DNA of 62,789 bases, filler included, from Squatina squatina (taxonomy: Eukaryota), in assembly GCA_031763465.1 (NCBI GenBank). It is 4 parts of 4 records of this genome, joined end to end, with 100 filler letters (N's around TTAATTAATTAA, not from the genome) between each part and the next. Parts side by side here need not be neighbours in the genome. Positions count along the whole stretch, not along the records: positions 1 to 13,126 come from JARFOE010000162.1; positions 13,227 to 35,045 come from JARFOE010000013.1; 2 more parts are not named here. One strand, written 5' to 3'. Of the stretch, positions 12,107 through 25,700 are shown piece by piece. A program made the position numbers and the translations under genes. Within the stretch, counting starts at the first letter, position 1; every line of letters begins with the position of its first letter. The notes below the pieces were generated by a model. It ran no database searches, was not told the DNA's origin, and saw only the letters and a program-made list of their open reading frames with translations.

Positions 12107-12717
12107 GTTTGTTGTTTCTCAGTTCTAGATCAGAAGCTTTCTTTTTTTCNNNNNNNNNNNNNNNNNNNNNNNNNNNNNNNNNNNNNNNNNNNNNNNNNNN
12201 NNNNNNNNNNNNNNNNNNNNNNNNNNNNNNNNNNNNNNNNNNNNNNNNNTTCATTCATACTAAGATTCCAGTAAACTTGTCTCGTGAATTAGCCTGCACA
12301 GTGGTGGTAATTTTGATCTTTTTTGTTTTTGTTTAAAAGTTCTTAATTTTTTTTTCCTGTACCGTTAGAGGCGACTTCCTTTTGCACTTTCTGCTCTCCT
12401 CCAACCTGCAGAGGTTGTTCACAAACTGGAATATTTTGCTTGTGTGTACTCTTCACCGACAGTACCAAAAATGTAATGAGGCAATTTTTGTACAGTTCCA
12501 TTTCCAATTGGGATCTAAAATGTCATTGATGCCCCTACATCCAAAATGTTTGGTTTATTGCATTCTCCGTGATCTATAAGTGGCAGTAGCTCTATACTTT
12601 GGTAGGTATTGGACAATTTGCTTGGATTGGAAAAAGTTCTGACATTTAAAAAAAAATGTATGTTTCTGAAATCCTGTTTGTTCTCCATATCTAACAAGTC
12701 TGATTTTGTATCTTTAG

Positions 12718-12767
12718 TTCTATCAAGGATGGAAAAGATACTAAAACTGCAGCAAAGGATGAGAAAG
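12718..12767 (+). CDS. SAFB: SAFB 50-nt exon immediately before the RRM
   Basis: tctttag|..GAGAAAG|gtaggc. Spliced to 12106 it reads SSIKDGKDTKTAAKDEKG, compared with SAFB2 SSFKEEKDIKPIIKDEKG. Confidence 0.85.
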
Positions 12768-13126
12768 GTAGGCCATAGATTGTTAACTAGTGTTTGGAGT
12801 TGATGGCTACTATGTGCAGTGTTGTACTCTCTACTGTTTATGTCAGGGCTGTAGTCGAGGTTCAGCGGTGATTCAAGTTAACAACTGTAGCCGTTTTCTC
12901 TCATTGAATCCAGTTACTCTGCGAACTTGATGTGGTTGCCAAAGGCCAGTTCCAAGATTTTTGGAAGTTTGGTCTGCAAGTGATTTCTCTGCCCATTATC
13001 CATCTAAACATCTTCATTTATTTGTAAACCACGTAAATATAATCAAATGAGGTGAATTGATCATGGGGAACAAGGACATGGCAGACCAATTGAATAAATA
13101 CTTTGGTTCTGTCTTCACTAAGGAAG

Positions 13127-13226
13127 NNNNNNNNNNNNNNNNNNNNNNNNNNNNNNNNNNNNNNNNNNNNTTAATTAATTAANNNNNNNNNNNNNNNNNN
13201 NNNNNNNNNNNNNNNNNNNNNNNNNN
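13127..13226. other. Artificial scaffold linker
   Basis: 44 N + TTAATTAATTAA (13171-13182, stops in all six frames) + 44 N. Confidence 0.95.
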
Positions 13227-14856
13227 ACCCAGAACCAGTACACTAGTCGTCAGAGTGTACGTCCCAACCCTGGAAGCTACGGACGAGGCCAAAGAGGAAT
13301 TCTAACCCAGCCTTGAACAATCCCTGTCCTGAGTCCCAAAGGCAGACAAGTTAATTCTCTTTGGCGATTTCACTACCAGAGTCGGGAAGAACACAATCAT
13401 CTGGAAAGACATGATTAGCAGGGAAGGTGTAGGGAAAGCAAACTCCAACAGGGTCCTCCTCCTGACGAAATGCTTAGCACATGGTCTTGTCATAACCAAC
13501 ACCCTATTTCATCAGAGACACAAGTACAAGACCTTATTGCAACAGGAGCCGACAACTGCTGGACCGACCACTGCCTAATCCTGTCTATATCTTCATCAAC
13601 CTGGCCCCAAAATGGCAGCAACAATAGAAATGTTGCCGCAGGAAAATCAATATTAAAGGACTCAAAGACCCTGCGAAGAAAGCCCTACTCAGCCAATGCC
13701 TNNNNNNNNNNTCCAGTGTCTTGTCTGCCATTAAGTATACCATAATTAGCACCTGCAAAGAGACTCTTGGTTTCTCTACCAGGAAACATCAAGACTGGTT
13801 TGACAAGAATGACTAGGAGATCTAGGAGCTATTAAACCATAAACACAAGGCATTTTTGAATTGAAAGCACCACCAAAGCTCGAGGGAAAGAAAACAGGTC
13901 TACAGACAACTGAAGGCAGAGGTCCAACAAAAAACCTGCGACCTAAAGAATAGATGGTGGATGAAAAAAGACATGAGATCCAGCAACTAGCTGACAACTA
14001 CGACATGCGTGGATTCTTTAGCACAGTCAAGACCATCTCCCGGCCAAGTACCCAATAACGAACCCCGCTGAGAGCTAAGAACAGAGAGATACTCATCAAG
14101 GACAGAGAGGNNNNNNNNNNNNNNNNNNNNNNNNNNNNNNNNNNNNNNNNNNNNNNNNNNNNNNNNNNNNNNNNNNNNNNNNNNNNNNNNNNNNNNNNNN
14201 NNNNNNNNNNNNNNNNNNNNNNNNNNNNNNNNNNNNNNNNNNNNNNNNNNNNNNNNNNNNNNNNNNNNNNNNNNNNNNNNNNNNNNNNNNNNNNNNNNNN
14301 NNNNNCCGATTACCAAAACACGGCAGAGAAGTACTTTTGGCACGAATCCATGATCTCACCTCCCTTATCTGGAAGAAGGAGAGCATGCCAGGGGATCTCG
14401 GAGATGCCGTAATCGTGGCAATCTTCAAGAACGGAGACAAGTCCGATTGCAGAAACCACAGAGCGGTCTCCTTGCTGTCTGCTACAGGTAAGGTCATCAC
14501 AAGAATCTTCCTGAATCATCTCCCAGTGGCTGAAAATCTGAGTCACAATGCGGATTCTGCCCATCAAGAGGCACAATGGACATGATCTTCTGTGCGCGAC
14601 GAGTCTAAGAAAAACGCAGAGAGCTGCATCAACCTCTACACATGGCCTTCTTTGACCTCACAAAAGCCTTTGGCTCTGTCAACCGGGAGGGATTATGGAG
14701 TGTCCTCCTCAAATTTGGCTGCCCGGAAAAATTCGACACCTTCCTCCACCTGCTCCACGATAACATGCAAGCCGTGATTCTCACCAATGGGTCCACCACA
14801 GATCCAATACAAGTGTAAACTGGGGTCAAGCAAGGTTGCGTCATCACACCAATGCT
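13227..14856 (+). mobile_element. Decayed RTE-clade LINE (endonuclease to RT)
   Basis: VYVPTLEATDEAKEEF, DKLILFGDFTTRVG, IWKKESMPGDLGDAVIVAIFKNGDKSDCRNHRAVSLLSATGK, LYMAFFDLTKAF, TGVKQGCVI; many stops and frameshifts. Confidence 0.88.
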
Positions 14857-15649
14857 NNNNNNNNNNNNNNNNNNNNNNNNNNNNNNNNNNNNNNNNNNNN
14901 NNNNNNNNNNNNNNNNNNNNNNNNNNNNNNNNNNNNNNNNNNNNNNNNNNNNNNNNAACATATCTTAGCATTCGACTAATGGCCGCATTTGTTAGTGGCC
15001 TGCGCTTTCAGACATGTGGCGAGGCCAAAGATGGTTCTTTGGGGCATCCTTATCAATCATCTTGACAGTTATCAGTGGGCCTCAACCGATGCCTCAGTGT
15101 CTTGGACACTGGGTTTTTCCCTTGTAAAGCTCCCAAGATGAAAGCCGATTATCTTTTGATCTGTAAACAACCTCACTCCACATCTGACCAGCAAAGAAAC
15201 TTTCTTTCCTTTAACATTTTGAGTTTTACAATTAATCAAAGACAAAGCAAGAGTATCTTGAATCCTCGCAATTTCCAAAGCTGTCACCTTAATTACGTAC
15301 ACAATTCTGTGTTTTGCTCCTTTTCTTACAAAGTGTCCTTTTGCCTCTTATCAGAATCTCACATCACTTAAAGAGACAAAGCAGGAGGTTTACAGGTCCA
15401 CAGATGTTTTCCTAATCATCAAATTCCTTTTTGTGAGAGGTGCCATAAGTTCTAAGCCTGTTCTTTGTTCGACAGTTAGCAACTTTCCACTTTTTCAGCT
15501 GTTCTGACCAAAATTTTCCCATCGTCCGGTTTGTCTCGGACATCGCCTGAGCAAACTAGGTCTTTTTGCCTTAGTCAATTTTACTACCTCTTCAGCAAGG
15601 TCAATGTCACATTGTAGGAAATTAGGGTCCTCCCTTCAGGTCCTACACC

Positions 15650-16307
15650 AGTGCATAATATTGCCCCTCAACTATCAAGATCAACTGCGAATCCCTTGAC
15701 AACATGGATCACTTTCCATACCTTGGGAGCCTCCTCTCAGTGACGTCAGACACAGACGACGAAATCCAACACCGCCTCCAGTGTGCCAGCACAGCCTTCG
15801 GCCGCTTGAGGAAGAAAGTGTTTGAAAATAAAGACCTCAAACCCGGCACCAAGTTCATGATCTGCAGGGCAGCAGTGATGGCCATACTCCTGTATATGTC
15901 GGAGACATGGAAAATATACAGTAGACACCTCAAAGCACTGCATAAGTACCACCAATGCTACTTCCGCAAAATCCTGCAAATCCACTGGCAGAATAGGCGC
16001 ACCAATGTCAGCGTCCTCTCTCAGGCCAACACCCCCAGCATTGAGGCACTGGACATGCTCAACCAGCTGCGATGGGCAGGCCAGGCCATATTGTCCGCAT
16101 GCCCGACTCAAGACTCCCGAAACAAGCACTCTATTTCGAGCTTCGTCACGGCAAAGCCTCCCTGAAAAAATGTAACATCCCCACTGACTCATGGGAATCT
16201 CTGGCCTAAGACTGCCCAAACTGGAGAAGCATCCGCAAAGGCACCACTTCGAGCTTCTCCGGCGGGAGCACGTGGAGGCCAAGCACAGGCAGGAGTGTGC
16301 GGAAACC
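15650..16307 (+). mobile_element. RTE-clade LINE 3' part
   Basis: MDHFPYLGSLLS..DDEIQHRLQCASTAFGRLRKKVF..ILLYMSETW..QLRWAG, the typical RTE C-terminal region. Confidence 0.88.
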
Positions 16308-16439
16308 NNNNNNNNNNNNNNNNNNNNNNNNNNNNNNNNNNNNNNNNNNNNNNNNNNNNNNNNNNNNNNNNNNNNNNNNNNNNNNNNNNNNNNNNNNNNN
16401 NNNNNNNTATTTGCTTAAAACTTATTACATCTGTAACAT

Positions 16440-16550
16440 TTTCCTATTCTGATGAAAGGTCATCCTGAAATGTTAATTCTGTTTCTCTCTCCACAGATGC
16501 TGCCTGACCTGCTGAGTGTTTCCAGCATTTTCTGATTATATTTCAGATTA
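16440..16550 (+). mobile_element. Penelope-like element terminal repeat with a degenerate hammerhead motif
   Basis: ctgatga aaggtcatcct gaaa tgtt aattctgtttctctctccacagatgctgcctgacctgctgag; same family as the minus-strand copy at 56785-56874. Confidence 0.65.
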
Positions 16551-19094
16551 TGCCATTGTTGTGTCTCTGGAAATGGAACACCTTGGCATCACGTGACATC
16601 AACTGGCGAACTAATGAAACTCACTTGACTGATGCAGCTTTTTACACATCCCTTTCACTGTAGTGATTGATTAAAGAGTTTGATTGAAAATTCAATGCTA
16701 CACACAGTTGGTTACTTGCACTATCAAAATGTTCCTGTCATTTCCACTTTCAATTTTGAAGGAAAAGAAATGGTATCAGACGTCAACACAAGTGTCGTTG
16801 AACTAAAAAAGGAGTTTTACTCCACTGTCAAATTCTAATAGCCCACAGTAAATTCAGAAATTCTTCATTAAAAAAACAAATGTTATGTTATATTATAACA
16901 TTTCCATTCTCCAAAAATATAATTTAGGAATTTTACTTCTCAAATTCATGAAATGTTTTATAAAATCAATTCATATTGCCAGAAGACTTATTTTGATAGT
17001 GTTGTTGACAACTTAAGTAAACTTCCAAATAATATCTCCAAGCCTTTGATGAACTTTTGCATTGAAAACAATAACTAGGTTTTTAAATAATGAATTAAGA
17101 GGCTTTACAGAACCATGAGGAAGAGATGAAGACTGCTACACAACGATTATGCCATTTGAGAGGGGAAATTACCTGAGGTGGCCAATGTAATCAACTGTGT
17201 ACACCAAATTTTTCAGATTCCGCATGTCGTTATACTCGAACTGCCTGTTCCCATGTACTGCTCCATTGACAGTTTTAACATAATTCATTCATGAGAAATT
17301 GTGTGGGTTCACTTAATATTTTACGGTTGTAGTTCTGTATCGGACTTAATTTCTGTCACTCATAACTGCTGCTACTGCCCCACAGGCTAACCTCACATAC
17401 TGAGCTGCAACAATATTATCCACACAGCACAGCCCCCTGTATTCAAATCTAGTATTTGCAAAAGATAAAATGTTCTTCTCTTCCTAGTAGCTGATTTATC
17501 CAACATATCTACCTCCAATTTGATTGCAGTAAAAATGCCTCTATTTCCCCTGTGAAGTGCCGACCTTGGTTCCACTTCCAGCCTAGCTTATTCTATGCAT
17601 CTATATTTCCTTCATCCATTCATCAGCCAGATATTGATACCCGGACTCTGTGTAACCCGCAAGAGAAAGCAAAGAAATGCCATTAGAAATGGGCTATTCC
17701 AACCTTCATAACAAATGAAAACACTCTGCTTCTAAAACGAATGACAAACACTGCCAAAAGAAAACAAGTGTACATGAAGTGAATGGAAAGCTAATTTACA
17801 TGCACAAAACAAAATGCAATGAATATCTTTCCAATTCATGAGAATAACCCAGCTGAGGTTTTTCTTCATGGACTATTTATTTTAGCATAGTATTTCTTCC
17901 TTGTTTTATGATTTATTCATCAAGACTAAATTGAACAGTGCCCCAGTACTTTTGGCTACATTACTTGATGGCACAGCTTGCCTTTGAAATACTGCGATAT
18001 TTATGATAATTTCTTGTACATAAATTATTCATTAGCACAGGGAGAGTGGAAATTTAAATGTGCTATAGGTAAATTGTAATAATGGCCTGACTATGATAAC
18101 AAAATAAGCTATTCATTTTTCTAAGCAAACTAAAGATTTAAATCAGAACTGTGAAGAATTGAGTGAGAAACTAATAAATGATGAATATGTTTTGTTCTCC
18201 TTAAACCTATACAGAAAGGATGTGTGTAATGAAGTCAATCATGTGTTATAACAATTCGGTTCATTGGTGGAATCAATTCTTTTGTCCAACTCTGCTTTAT
18301 TGTGTATTCTACTTTTACAACAATTACAATGTTGCCATGTAAGCTAGTACTTAAATTAAAAAGCTATTTTTAATTACTTGCAACACTTTACAGTGAAGTG
18401 AGTTACAGAGGGAGTTTTGCCATTAAGCTACCTTTTTAAATTAAAAGTGCTTCGATCATTTTACAGTTTTAACAGGAAATAGATTAGTTCTGTGCAATGT
18501 GATAATTATCTAAAGTTTGAGTTCTGTACAATATGGCAAGCACGCACAATTCCTTACATTGTGCTAATTCCCTCTGCTCATTGAAGCTAGCACACATGCT
18601 AATTCTGCATTAAGGCATTGCAATTTTGTGCTTTTGCATTAATGAGCACGTGCTAACTTTCACCGTGCTTTTCATATTGCTGCATTAACAGTTTTCTTTT
18701 TGCTTATTAAATGTTTGTTAAGCAGCAATTAATGTGCACATTTACATTGAGGTTACTTGATTCTCACTGTTTTTAAATTGGCATAAAAGCACCTGAGTTT
18801 GAAGGATATCATCAAAGAGGAGCCCTTTAGTGAATACAGCACAATGGCAGTAGAATCAAGTTGCTCTTTGCTATAGACTTTGGGGCTGAAATTGGGCAGT
18901 GCCACTCTCGAAACGGTGCACCGCTGTTTAGCACCGAAAACGCGCCAGTCCATAATGGCATTATTTAGACGTGAAATTCGGCAGTGTTTTGCTTGTTTTG
19001 CAGTGTGGCGCTGTTCAGAGGCTCAAGTAGCTGAGTGGAGGTGCTGACAGCGGAAGTGAGGCACTGAAGGCAGAGTCCAGGCGCGGAAGGTACA

Positions 19095-19255
19095 GTGAAG
19101 GAGAAAACAGCAGGCTGAAGGAGATGAGGCCAGACTGAAGGAGATGAGGCCAGATTGAAGGAGATAACAGCAGAGTCAAGGAGATGAAGGCAGACTCAAG
19201 GAGCTGACAGCTGAGTCAAGGAGTTGAGGGCAGACTCAAGGAGCTGACAGCTGAA
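19095..19255 (+). repeat. 20-bp minisatellite (about 8 units), probably inside a non-autonomous DNA element starting near 18880
   Basis: Units such as gaaggagatgaggccagact and caaggagctgacagctgagt recur with a strict 20-nt period. Confidence 0.85.
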
Positions 19256-21789
19256 CACAGAAACATAGAAAATAGGTGCAGAAGTAGGCCATTCGGCCCT
19301 TCGAGCCTGCACCGCCATTCAATATGATCATGGCTNNNNNNNNNNNNNNNNNNNNNNNNNNNNNNNNNNNNNNNNNNNNNNNNNNNNNNNNNNNNNNNNN
19401 NNNNNNNNNNNNNNNNNNNNNNNNNNNNNNNNNNNAATGATATTTATAAATTCTGTTTTTGAAATTCAGAACACATTGCTCCAAAAACCTGGAGTTAAAA
19501 ATAGCAAGCTCTTACTTAAAATACCCAAGATATTGATCGCAGTCACTGTATTCACTGCTGTGATGGATGGTAGTCTGCTTTGGTTGATTGCTTATCAGGT
19601 CTGGCTGGTACTGGAAATACACTTGGGCAATGAGCTAGCTGTCGTTACGTATGGCTTTTGCGGCAATAGCATCAGTTATCAGAAGTAATTAAATCTTAAA
19701 ATTATCAAAATGAATGGTAGACTTTTAGTAAATGTAGCAGTCTATGATAGAGATCTCCCTTGCTGGATAGTCCACCATTTGAAAATTATTAAATTTTCTC
19801 TCTGCACCCTTCAACAAAAACAATCTGTAAAATTCTATTAGTGTTCCATGGTTGTTATTGCTGGAATAGTTCCAGTAATCCACTGTTTTCAGTCTGCTGC
19901 GATACAACTATAAAAATAACCTGATCCATCTTTATAGTGACAAATTTTACACAGTTCCTTTATCAGTGCAGAGACTCACTGGTTACAAAATCAGGTTTGT
20001 GACATTTGGTGCGATAGCATGATTGGCATGCTACAAATCATGTGTGAGCTTGCGCACACAATTCATAGTGCACCAAATTATGTGAGGTGCGATATCAGTG
20101 GTGCAAATGAGACTATGCTTCAGGCAAACGTAACCGATTCTTACAACGAATAATTATTCAAATAAGGTCCCACACTGAATTTNNNNNNNNNNNNNNNNNN
20201 NNNNNNNNNNNNNNNNNNNNNNNNNNNNNNNNNNNNNNNNNNNNNNNNNNNNNNNNNNNNNNNNNNNNNNNNNNNNNNNNNNTCTTGAGTTGTAAACATT
20301 TTGTTACAGCTTCCTATCGTTTGACCTATTTCATAGAACAGCAAAAAAACAGTTTTGGAAATAACAGTTAAAATCACTTAAACTGTTAGACCTTCTGGAG
20401 AGGAAAATCTATATTGTTGTTGTTGTTTTTCTGGTCTTACTCTCTTTATCCAGGCATTCAAAAACTAATTCCAGGTCATGCAGGTCATAACTGCACTAAA
20501 GTTACTAATGCAACTCCAGCCATTCATTTTTACTTCCCCCCCCCCAAAAAAAAGGGCAAGAAAGAGCGAATGGCCGGAATTGCTGCAAAAGCATAAATAC
20601 TCGTCATAAATCAATAAATATTAATTGCTTTGTTAATTTCATTGCTAGTTAAGCATCAAGTCAGGAAATTTCCATGTTGGATCCCTGATCTGTCCAGATT
20701 TAGCAGACCTTATCTGGTGTGGGAGAACTATAAACAGTCTCGCCATCACAGGCAGGAGAGGAAAACTAGTCATGGAACCTATCCCGCTGGCTTTCTTCGG
20801 CTTTCTACCACCATTTCCATGATTTCCTGCCAGAAGTCATGCTGGTCATAATGCGTCCAACAAATACACGTTGGCATATTTGAATAGGGCACAAATGTTG
20901 GAATGATGCGCTACAGTATATATCCCGTCATTTGACCTTTACAATGCTGGTGCATTCCTGGAACCCAACATTGCTGTTGGCCGCAGGTGTTCAGAGAGTG
21001 GNNNNNNNNNNNNNNNNNNNNNNNNNNNNNNNNNNNNNNNNNNNNNNNNNNNNNNNNNNNNNNNNNNNNNNNNNNNNNNNNNNNNNNNNNNNNNNNNNNN
21101 NCCGACTGCTTCATGTGTCAATGTGCATGCTGTTTTGGCAACAGGATTTGGGTTCTTCTGTTCTGTTGGTCAAGTCTGAAACTCAGTATTACAAAATTAA
21201 TACCTGATGCGTTATTTCCCCACACAAACCACTTTCATCAATATGATATTTCACAAGCTTTGTTAAACACCTGCCTTAAGGCTATACAAAGGAGAAATGG
21301 CATTTCTGATGAGAGGTGATTCCCATTATGATACAATAAATCAGAACAAAAACTGTGTCTCTGAAAACTTCACAGCAACACAAAGGCGATCCCTAAACTC
21401 TAAGCAGCTTATGAAATATCTAAGATCCACAATTAAAGAAAACATGATTTCAAACAAATCTGAGAGACTGGAGGCTAGCATTTTGCTACTCCCTAGCTAA
21501 TTCCAGAGCTCACCAGAACATCTTTTGTATATCTCACTGTTGATAACTGCAGCCACTTGCCCAGAAGCATATAAAGTGGCAAAAAGAGACAGGGTGGCTT
21601 GATAGGGCACCCTACAAGTGAACTGTTTTGCTATTCTTGAATGAAGAAATTTGTCATTTTAAATGTTTAAGTTTAAGATTCTTTTTATTTAGTTCAAATT
21701 TATCTAAATTATAACATCAGATTTTCATTTATGTCGTGCTTTTAATCCAGAAAATTGTCCCAAAGTACTTCACAGAAGAGGGAAAATTA

Positions 21790-21964
21790 TAGAATCACAG
21801 AATGGTTACAGCACAGAAGGAGGCTATTCAGCCCATCGAGCCTGTGCTGGCTCTCTGCAAGAGCATTTCAGCTAGTCCCACTCCCCCTCCCTTACCCCAT
21901 AGCCCTGCAAATTTTTCTCCTTCAGGTCCTTATCCAATTCCCCTTTGAAAGCCATGATTGATTC
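21790..21964 (-). mobile_element. CR1 LINE 3' end
   Basis: SIMAFKGELDKDLKEKNLQGYG plus a CR1 3' UTR with (ttcta)-type tail on the minus strand. Confidence 0.8.
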
Positions 21965-22294
21965 NNNNNNNNNNNNNNNNNNNNNNNNNNNNNNNNNNNN
22001 NNNNNNNNNNNNNNNNNNNNNNNNNNNNNNNNNNNNNNNNNNNNNNNNNNNNNNNNNNNNNNNNAGCACATTAATGCCAATCAAACAAGTCCTCTTGCAT
22101 GTAGTTTCAATGGATGCCCAACAGGCTGCTTGTACCTAAAATTCCAACTGCCACTTGTAAGGCATATTGTTGCTGTTGTGGAGCTGTTATTAACCATGCT
22201 TCATGCTTGGTTTCTGAGTTCCAGAGAAAGGCTTCTTTTTTTTCTTCTTCTTCTTCTCCAGCACGCTCAAAAACAAAACAAAATAAAAAGTGTT

Positions 22295-22732
22295 TCAAAT
22301 GGACTTCCTCCTTCTCATTAGCCTGTGGTTCTCGTTGAAGCTGTGCAAACCTGGCGACACAGAACTCACAGGGGACGGGAACAGACTGTTTTTCAATGTG
22401 CTCGGCGAAATCTCTTCTATCTTGTAAGATACTGAGTGAAAGTACTGAGGGTTGAGTTGGGAACTGAATGAATTCTGGTGAGAGACCACCTGGTTGGTAT
22501 ACTCGTGGGACCTGTAGCACATGCAAGAGCAAACAGACTGCAGGTCTGTCACCTCAGTTTTGTACCGCTGCCGTCCCTGCTGGGGGTCCTCCTGGATGTG
22601 GATGATCATGCTGTTCCTATTCCCTGCCAAAGAAGCTCGCTCTTCGGCATCCCGCCGCTCATCTTCGCTGTTCATGGTCAAAAACCTGAGAACCACCAAG
22701 TTGAGAAAAGCTCCAATAACCGTTAAGCCCAC
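22295..22732 (-). CDS. KCNK9: Two-pore K+ channel TASK-3, exon 2 (3' part; 5' part lost in the gap)
   Basis: [81 protein letters not shown]. Contains M4, the X-gate VLRFLT, the EDE export motif and the C-terminal 14-3-3 motif. Confidence 0.97.
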   Translation of the reverse strand: MGLTVIGAFLNLVVLRFLTMNSEDERRDAEERASLAGNRNSMIIHIQEDPQQGRQRYKTEVTDLQSVCSCMCYRSHEYTNQVVSHQNSFSSQLNPQYFHSVSYKIEEISPSTLKNSLFPSPVSSVSPGLHSFNENHRLMRRRKSI

Positions 22733-25700
22733 NNNNNNNNNNNNNNNNNNNNNNNNNNNNNNNNNNNNNNNNNNNNNNNNNNNNNNNNNNNNNNNNNNNN
22801 NNNNNNNNNNNNNNNNNNNNNNNNNNNNNNNNTTAAATAATTAATTACATTCAATGTTGATTAATTTTAAATATGTGATTTTTAAAAATTTATTTCAAGA
22901 GTTTTTGGGCATCTTCCCATACATAATTACGGTAATGGGAATATCCCTACTTTGATTCGTTGATCCCAGAATCGCGTATAAAGCGCATACGCTCCTGGTA
23001 CATGTGGGCCACTAACTGCGGTGCCCAGCAAGGCCCGGGAGCAGAAGTCTCAGAAACTCTCGGGACCCAAGGTAAGTTCATAGAAATTTTTAAGGTCAGA
23101 GGCTTCTGCCTCCGACCACAATTTCTGGGCCAATATGAGTGTGCCTTACATTGTATGAGTATCAGTGAGGGATCTATGAGTAATCTGTAGTCAGACTGAA
23201 TCAGAGTATTCTAGCAAAAGCCTACCAATTTTAAAAAGAATATATCCATTTGTAGCCTGCCTTATACATTCCTTTCCATGTAATCCATAGAGACAATTTG
23301 TAACATTACTTTTCATGGGACTGCAGTTTTATTGGGCCCTAAGTAGCCATTCCCCTACCAAGCAATCCTACAGATCACTAATGGCTTTCAAGGGACAATA
23401 ATGATCAGAGCGATGCTATGAAATAACTTTATTAATGAGACCATTATCTATTTTGTCTCTTTAATTAACNNNNNNNNNNATCTAGTCTTTAGAGTTATTA
23501 ATAAAGTTTTTATTTCATTGGCTTGCTGAATGACATATCATTTCATTTAAATTTGCCTAAGAATCCACATGTCTAAAATTAATCTGGCCTTTCGATTATG
23601 ATGAAATGGTACTGCGATACCACAGAGTATTTTCAGCTATTGAAAAATAAATGACTGAATAGAACAATATATATAAGAGTGATGGAGAGGTAAAAATATA
23701 AAATTGCACAGAAGAGACTAATGGTAGGCTGTGACGTGAAGAAGCCATATATTCTTTCCTTGCCAGTATTCTCTTTATGTTTTTCAACTTCAAGGATATT
23801 TATTAATATAATTTGNNNNNNNNNNNNNNNNNNNNNNNNNNNNNNNNNNNNNNNNNNNNNNNNNNNNNNNNNNNNNNNNNNNNNNNNNNNNNNNNNNNNN
23901 NNNNNNNNNNNNNNNCGCCCATTGGTACCCCGAAGTAGAAATGCACTTTAACATCATCTCCAAATTCCAACCTTGTGTTCCCTTCCCCACCTCAGCGTGT
24001 TTCATCAAATCATTCATTGTTCATTGCTGCCTGCCGACATCTGAAGTCAGAGCTTTGTGAAATGTCTCCCCAACCTCCAGAATAATCATACAGAACTCCA
24101 GGATATCAATCTAACATGGCAATCTACATTATTCAAGTCTGGCCATCGACGGCATTTCTATGTGCAGCATGGGAATCATCCTGTTCCCCACAGTCTTTAA
24201 TCATATTTTGCTATCCTTGTAACCTCCAGTTCCCTTCCCGAATAGACCTTTATCTACCTCTTTAAGAAAACTGTCAACGGATACAGCATCAAATGCTTAT
24301 GAGGGAATCTACTCCATATATTTGCTAACTGTGCCCATGCTCTCATTAATTTTATCTGCTATAAAGATTAGGGAAAGTGACGTTGAACGGAAAACAAGGG
24401 ATTGAAGAGGAGCAGATTGAAAAGGCCGGTTCAACATTTGCACGAGTAGAATTATGTTGTCTGCCCCTCTCTCCCTCCCCACAGTTATCTCTCTACAAAG
24501 TAGGCCATTTGCCCCGGGTCTTTCCCTTTCCACCATCTGTTTCTCAGATATATATCAGGTATCTCCATTTAGTTACCAAATAAAATAATGTAATACATCT
24601 TTTCGAGATCCATCGTTTATTTACCTTTTATCTTTTCGTTACTCCAGGCCATACCAGTTTTTAATATCTATTATGTCGAATACAAGCTATGTTGAATGGG
24701 TTATGGATCAGAGGTCAAAGCTGAATAACAAATGCCAGTCAATTGTGAGATTAAAGAAAACGAAATGTGTTGCGTGTGTCGAAATGAAATTAAACTTCCT
24801 GAACTTTAGTCAAGTTTCAATCGAAATCGTCATTCAATTAAAAAAGGAGCAGGTAAGTTATGAGGGAACGAGTGTGATATTCTAAATGTTCCCTTACGGG
24901 GGCGCTACAGTTCACTCCCATTAACCTTGACACTAAAATACTGTCCATTAATCCATCACTGAACCGCTTGCGTTCCCAAGCAGAAAGCGTGCTCGAAAAT
25001 ACAATCTGGGTGATGACACGTTTATTTATATCCTAACCTAATTCGAATAATTATATATGTTTGTTGATAGCTGAGAGTTTCCCTACATTCAATAACGGAA
25101 TCATCTCTACATGTTGAACTATTGGAGAGGACTTGCAGTATCACTGAAACACTCTCATCCTCGCGCAGTGCAGTTATCAGTATATAATCCATTCAAGTAA
25201 TATTGCATGTATTATGTATTTGATGTACAAAACTGGAAATAATTTATACATTGTACATGCATTTAAACTGCACGGCGGATGCACTCCTCAGATCAAGTGA
25301 CTCTACGCCGAGACCTACAAGGTGCTGGGGGATGCGAGCAGCCTCTTGTCACATAATCCGCACCTGAATGTACGTGGGTGTCCCCCGCCGAGATCTGACA
25401 CTCTGTTGTGATTCTAACTTTAAATACATTTCTAAGCCTACGCTTGTTGTCGGTAATTAAATAAGCAGCGTTGGTGGAAATATTAAAAGCAATTAATCAG
25501 GAAAAGTGCATTGGATCAAGTGACGGGAAGGCGGTTGGAAATGTCAATTCAGACATTTAGGGATCAGCAAAAAGCAACGGCTGTCAGGGCACAGGCGCGA
25601 CACAGGGCTTTAGCACAAATTACAACAGGGACTCTCAGTCACCTGGGAATCACGCCGTGGTAGCTGGGATTCCACCTTTTGATTCTCCCCAAGAAAAGTA

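Noticed and set aside
13171-13182. TTAATTAATTAA as a biological palindrome or homeodomain site (also at 35090 and 49510)
   Set aside because: It is centred in identical 100-nt N spacers, so it is a synthetic linker.
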